Origin: Vulcanimicrobiota bacterium
Lineage (GTDB): Bacteria > Vulcanimicrobiota > Vulcanimicrobiia > Eremiobacterales > Eremiobacteraceae
Assembly: GCA_963812135.1 (NCBI GenBank)
Contig: CAWETU010000001.1
Location: 128,001 to 192,000 of the forward strand
Reading direction: 5' to 3'
DNA: 64,000 nt
Shown one piece after another: positions 61,310 through 64,000 of the stretch. Numbering within the stretch: position 1 is the first letter of the stretch; every line of letters starts with the position of its first letter. The notes under the pieces were generated by a model, which was given only the letters and a program-made list of their open reading frames with translations, was not told where the DNA came from and made no database searches. The position numbers and the translations under genes are program-made.

Positions 61310-63426
61310 AGCATCGAGAGTTGTTCTGGTTCCCCGGCCGCCGCCCGAGCGTCCGCCGGCACGAGCAGGCCGAACCGATTCACGAAATCGGCGACGCGGC
61401 GCAGCAGGTAGTCGCGGTCTTCGTCGTTCGCGTACTCTTCAGACAACGTCAGCTCGCCGCCGATGCGCTGATAGACGCGGACTTTGTCGCCGACGCCGAG
61501 GCCCCTCTCGGCGATCGCTCGGGCCAGCCGCTTGTTCGCCGGCGAGTTGTACGTCTTTGGCGTTATCGACTCGCGGCGGCTGAATTCTTCCACTTTCAGG
61601 TTGCCGTTCCGGATGCGCTCGGCCATATCGGCGACCAAGGGGGCGATATCGGCCGGGCGGTCCTCGAGCAGGGCCAAGGCGATGCCGGATACCAACGTCC
61701 GGCCGAACGGCTCATCGCGCGCCGAACGCAGTGCGGACCCGCGCAGGATGAGATCCCCGCGCTCGCGCTTGAGCGCGTAGTTCTTGGGCATGAGCGAGAG
61801 CATCGCCGGATAGCGCTCTTCAAGGACGAGATGCAAGCCGTCGCCGAGCGTCTCGCCGACGTCAGCCACGATGCGCGCGGGCTGCGTGCCGGGGAGCGGT
61901 TGGAAGAACGCTCCGTCGGTGTCTACTTCGATCACTCGGCCGCCGCGCTCGCGCAAGCCCGCGACCATGCGCTCCATGACCTGGCGCCCCGCTTCGGTGA
62001 CGCGCGCCGCCGCTGCCGGATCGTTGAAATGCAGACCGTTCGTTCCCAAAAACCCATAAAACGAATTGATGAGGATCTTGAACGCTTGAGAGAGCCCGTC
62101 GGCCGACATATGCGCGCGCGCGTCGCCAGCCGCGTGTGCGGACTCGGCGTCGCGCTTGGCTTGCATGCGAAGCTCGCGCAGCCCTCGCAGCATCGGTAAG
62201 AACGTGTCGAGATCATCGTCTTGCGGCTTGATGCCGCGTGCCAACATGAGCGACGGATAAAGGCTTTCGACGTCGCACTTCACGACGTCGTGGAACACAC
62301 CGACCTCGAGCGCGGCGCTGAACGCGCCCTCGATCGGCGCAGCCGTGCGCGGTCTGGGCACCGAATTGCCGCGCGCGAGATACGAGCGCACCATCAGCCG
62401 TTCGATGCGGCTGCCGATGCCGACGAAGGCGAGACCCTGGAACGATTCGGGCACCATCTGGACTTGGTAGAACTCATTCGGCGTCACCAAGCGCGAGAGC
62501 CGGTCGGTATCGCGCGCGTCGTCGAGGCAGTACATCTTGAGGCGCGCGCGCTCGGCTGGGTCCGACCACAGCGCGCGCATATTGGCGGCATCCACGAGCG
62601 TGCGTTCCTCGTCGCCGATGCCCAAATGCCGGACCACGTGCTTGAGTTTGTAGTTGGGCAGCCGGCGCGCGACATCCCAACGCATCACGCTGTAGAACGT
62701 GTCGATGATCTGGCGGCCGGGGATGCGATAGTAGCGCGCGACCATGCCGTTCGGCACGCTGCGTCGCAGGCTTTCGTCCATCCACATGAGAGCGCCGTCG
62801 CGGCCGAGCGTGAGCGGCACGCCTGCACGCCGCGCACGCTCGCCGAGGTACCACAGATCGAAGTTGAAGACGTTGTGGCCTTCGAGCACGTCGGGATCGC
62901 GCTCGGTGACGATGCGCACGAACTCCGCGATCAGCGCACCTTCATTGGGGAAATCGTCGAGCGCAAGCACGCGCTCGTAGCCGCTCGAATCGTGGATGCC
63001 GATCAGGACGATCGCGGCGTCCGGCCGCTCGGGGTAGATGTCGAGCGTCTCGAGATCGAACTGCAGCCGGCGCAGTTCGCCGAACTGTAGGCCACGGTAG
63101 AACGTCTCGCCGCTCGAGACGAGATGCGATGCGATCGGATCGAGATACGCAAGACGCTGGTCGCTTGCGAGCGAGCGCGCGAACTCCATCGCGCGGCCGT
63201 ACGGCGTGACGAGCAGGTGGCGCAGCGGATGGCGGCCTGCCAGTTCGATGCTGTCGTCCATTTGCTTGCGCGCCAGGACCCACGACCGCAGCGGCGTCAC
63301 GAGCCGTTCGACGTTCGATCCCTGGCGGCGAAACAGCGTCGCCGTGCCCGTGGAGCTGTCGGTTTCGAGGGCGACGATGCCCTGGATGCGGCCCGTGCCG
63401 CCGATCAGATCGCCTTCATCAATCAC
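61306..63426 (-). CDS. Family B DNA polymerase with a 3'-5' exonuclease domain
   Basis: ExoI FDLET, ExoII GHNVFNFD, ExoIII YCLDD; motif A DVESLYPS, B KILINSFYG, C DTDG. Confidence 0.93.
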   Translation of the reverse strand: MIDEGDLIGGTGRIQGIVALETDSSTGTATLFRRQGSNVERLVTPLRSWVLARKQMDDSIELAGRHPLRHLLVTPYGRAMEFARSLASDQRLAYLDPIASHLVSSGETFYRGLQFGELRRLQFDLETLDIYPERPDAAIVLIGIHDSSGYERVLALDDFPNEGALIAEFVRIVTERDPDVLEGHNVFNFDLWYLGERARRAGVPLTLGRDGALMWMDESLRRSVPNGMVARYYRIPGRQIIDTFYSVMRWDVARRLPNYKLKHVVRHLGIGDEERTLVDAANMRALWSDPAERARLKMYCLDDARDTDRLSRLVTPNEFYQVQMVPESFQGLAFVGIGSRIERLMVRSYLARGNSVPRPRTAAPIEGAFSAALEVGVFHDVVKCDVESLYPSLMLARGIKPQDDDLDTFLPMLRGLRELRMQAKRDAESAHAAGDARAHMSADGLSQAFKILINSFYGFLGTNGLHFNDPAAAARVTEAGRQVMERMVAGLRERGGRVIEVDTDGAFFQPLPGTQPARIVADVGETLGDGLHLVLEERYPAMLSLMPKNYALKRERGDLILRGSALRSARDEPFGRTLVSGIALALLEDRPADIAPLVADMAERIRNGNLKVEEFSRRESITPKTYNSPANKRLARAIAERGLGVGDKVRVYQRIGGELTLSEEYANDEDRDYLLRRVADFVNRFGLLVPADARAAAGEPEQLSML

Positions 63427-63483
63427 TGCGTCTGCGTTCTGCGACGAGCGGTGCAGTCCCGCGCTCTCTCGGCGCGGGCCTCG

Positions 63484-64000
63484 TCAACGCGGCGTGCGCG
63501 TCGGATACGGCGTCGGCGGGCGCATCGGCGGCGAGGCGAGCGGCGCATCGCTGGAAACCGGCAACGGTACGGGCGGCAAGCTGACATCCGGTTCCGGCAC
63601 GGGCGACTCCGAGGGAAGCGGCGAGCTCGAGAAGATGTTGTCGGTCGGAGCGGGGTGCGACAGCTCGTCCGTCGGACCGCCGTGCACGATATTGTCGGGC
63701 GGCGCGGTTTCGATCAACCCGGGCACGCCCGACGGCGCCATTGGGGGCGGCGGCATGAGACCTGCGACGTAGCGCGCGAGCTTGATGGTGTACGTGGCCT
63801 TCATCATATAGGTGCCGGTGTCGCCATGGCGGCTGACCGCGTTGCCCGCGCTGTGTAGCGCATACGTCGAACCGAGCAACAGGCGCTCGCGCGTGTCGAC
63901 GAACGAAAGGCCCGTCACCGATCCGTTGCCGCGCAGCGCCGCGACACCGAACCCGGAGACGTCGACAGAGCCGTGGGTGTCGAACGTACCGGTCGCGGCT
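63484..64000 (-). CDS. Hypothetical protein, C-terminal part with a Pro-rich tail (5' end outside window)
   Basis: Frame open to the window edge. Confidence 0.6.
   Translation of the reverse strand, partial: AATGTFDTHGSVDVSGFGVAALRGNGSVTGLSFVDTRERLLLGSTYALHSAGNAVSRHGDTGTYMMKATYTIKLARYVAGLMPPPPMAPSGVPGLIETAPPDNIVHGGPTDELSHPAPTDNIFSSSPLPSESPVPEPDVSLPPVPLPVSSDAPLASPPMRPPTPYPTRTPR

Overview
High-GC bacterial chromosome segment. The abundance of Pro/Thr-rich secreted proteins and the gene style suggest Eremiobacterota/Vulcanimicrobiota, but this is an unverified impression. Core genes: ligA (3' part), uvrA, uvrB, prs-rplY-pth, pyrKDFE, a two-component system, bolA-grxD, coxD/coxE/xdhC-type genes, Mrp, livKHMGF and a family-B DNA polymerase. 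tRNA-Ala(CGC) at 22957-23032 is an integration site: its 3' 47 bp recur at 29751-29797, bracketing a 6.7 kb integrase-less island that carries a broken ~4 kb secreted-protein gene, a multi-FN3 protein and a small lipoprotein. About 10 kb of further accessory genes, mostly for secreted proteins, follows. The most notable items are: (1) an orphan protein with a signal peptide and a C-terminus resembling a type III secretion needle subunit; (2) an unannotated 20-aa Lys-rich micropeptide with an SD-sequestering leader and its own terminator; (3) a GTAG-type REP family in which two of three copies supply stop codons; (4) a cluster of metal/redox proteins with altered ligand sets (two cupredoxin-like proteins, a DUF1858-Mrp fusion and a Cys-less CcdA) near coxDEF-type genes. 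All family calls come from motif recognition by eye; no searches were run.
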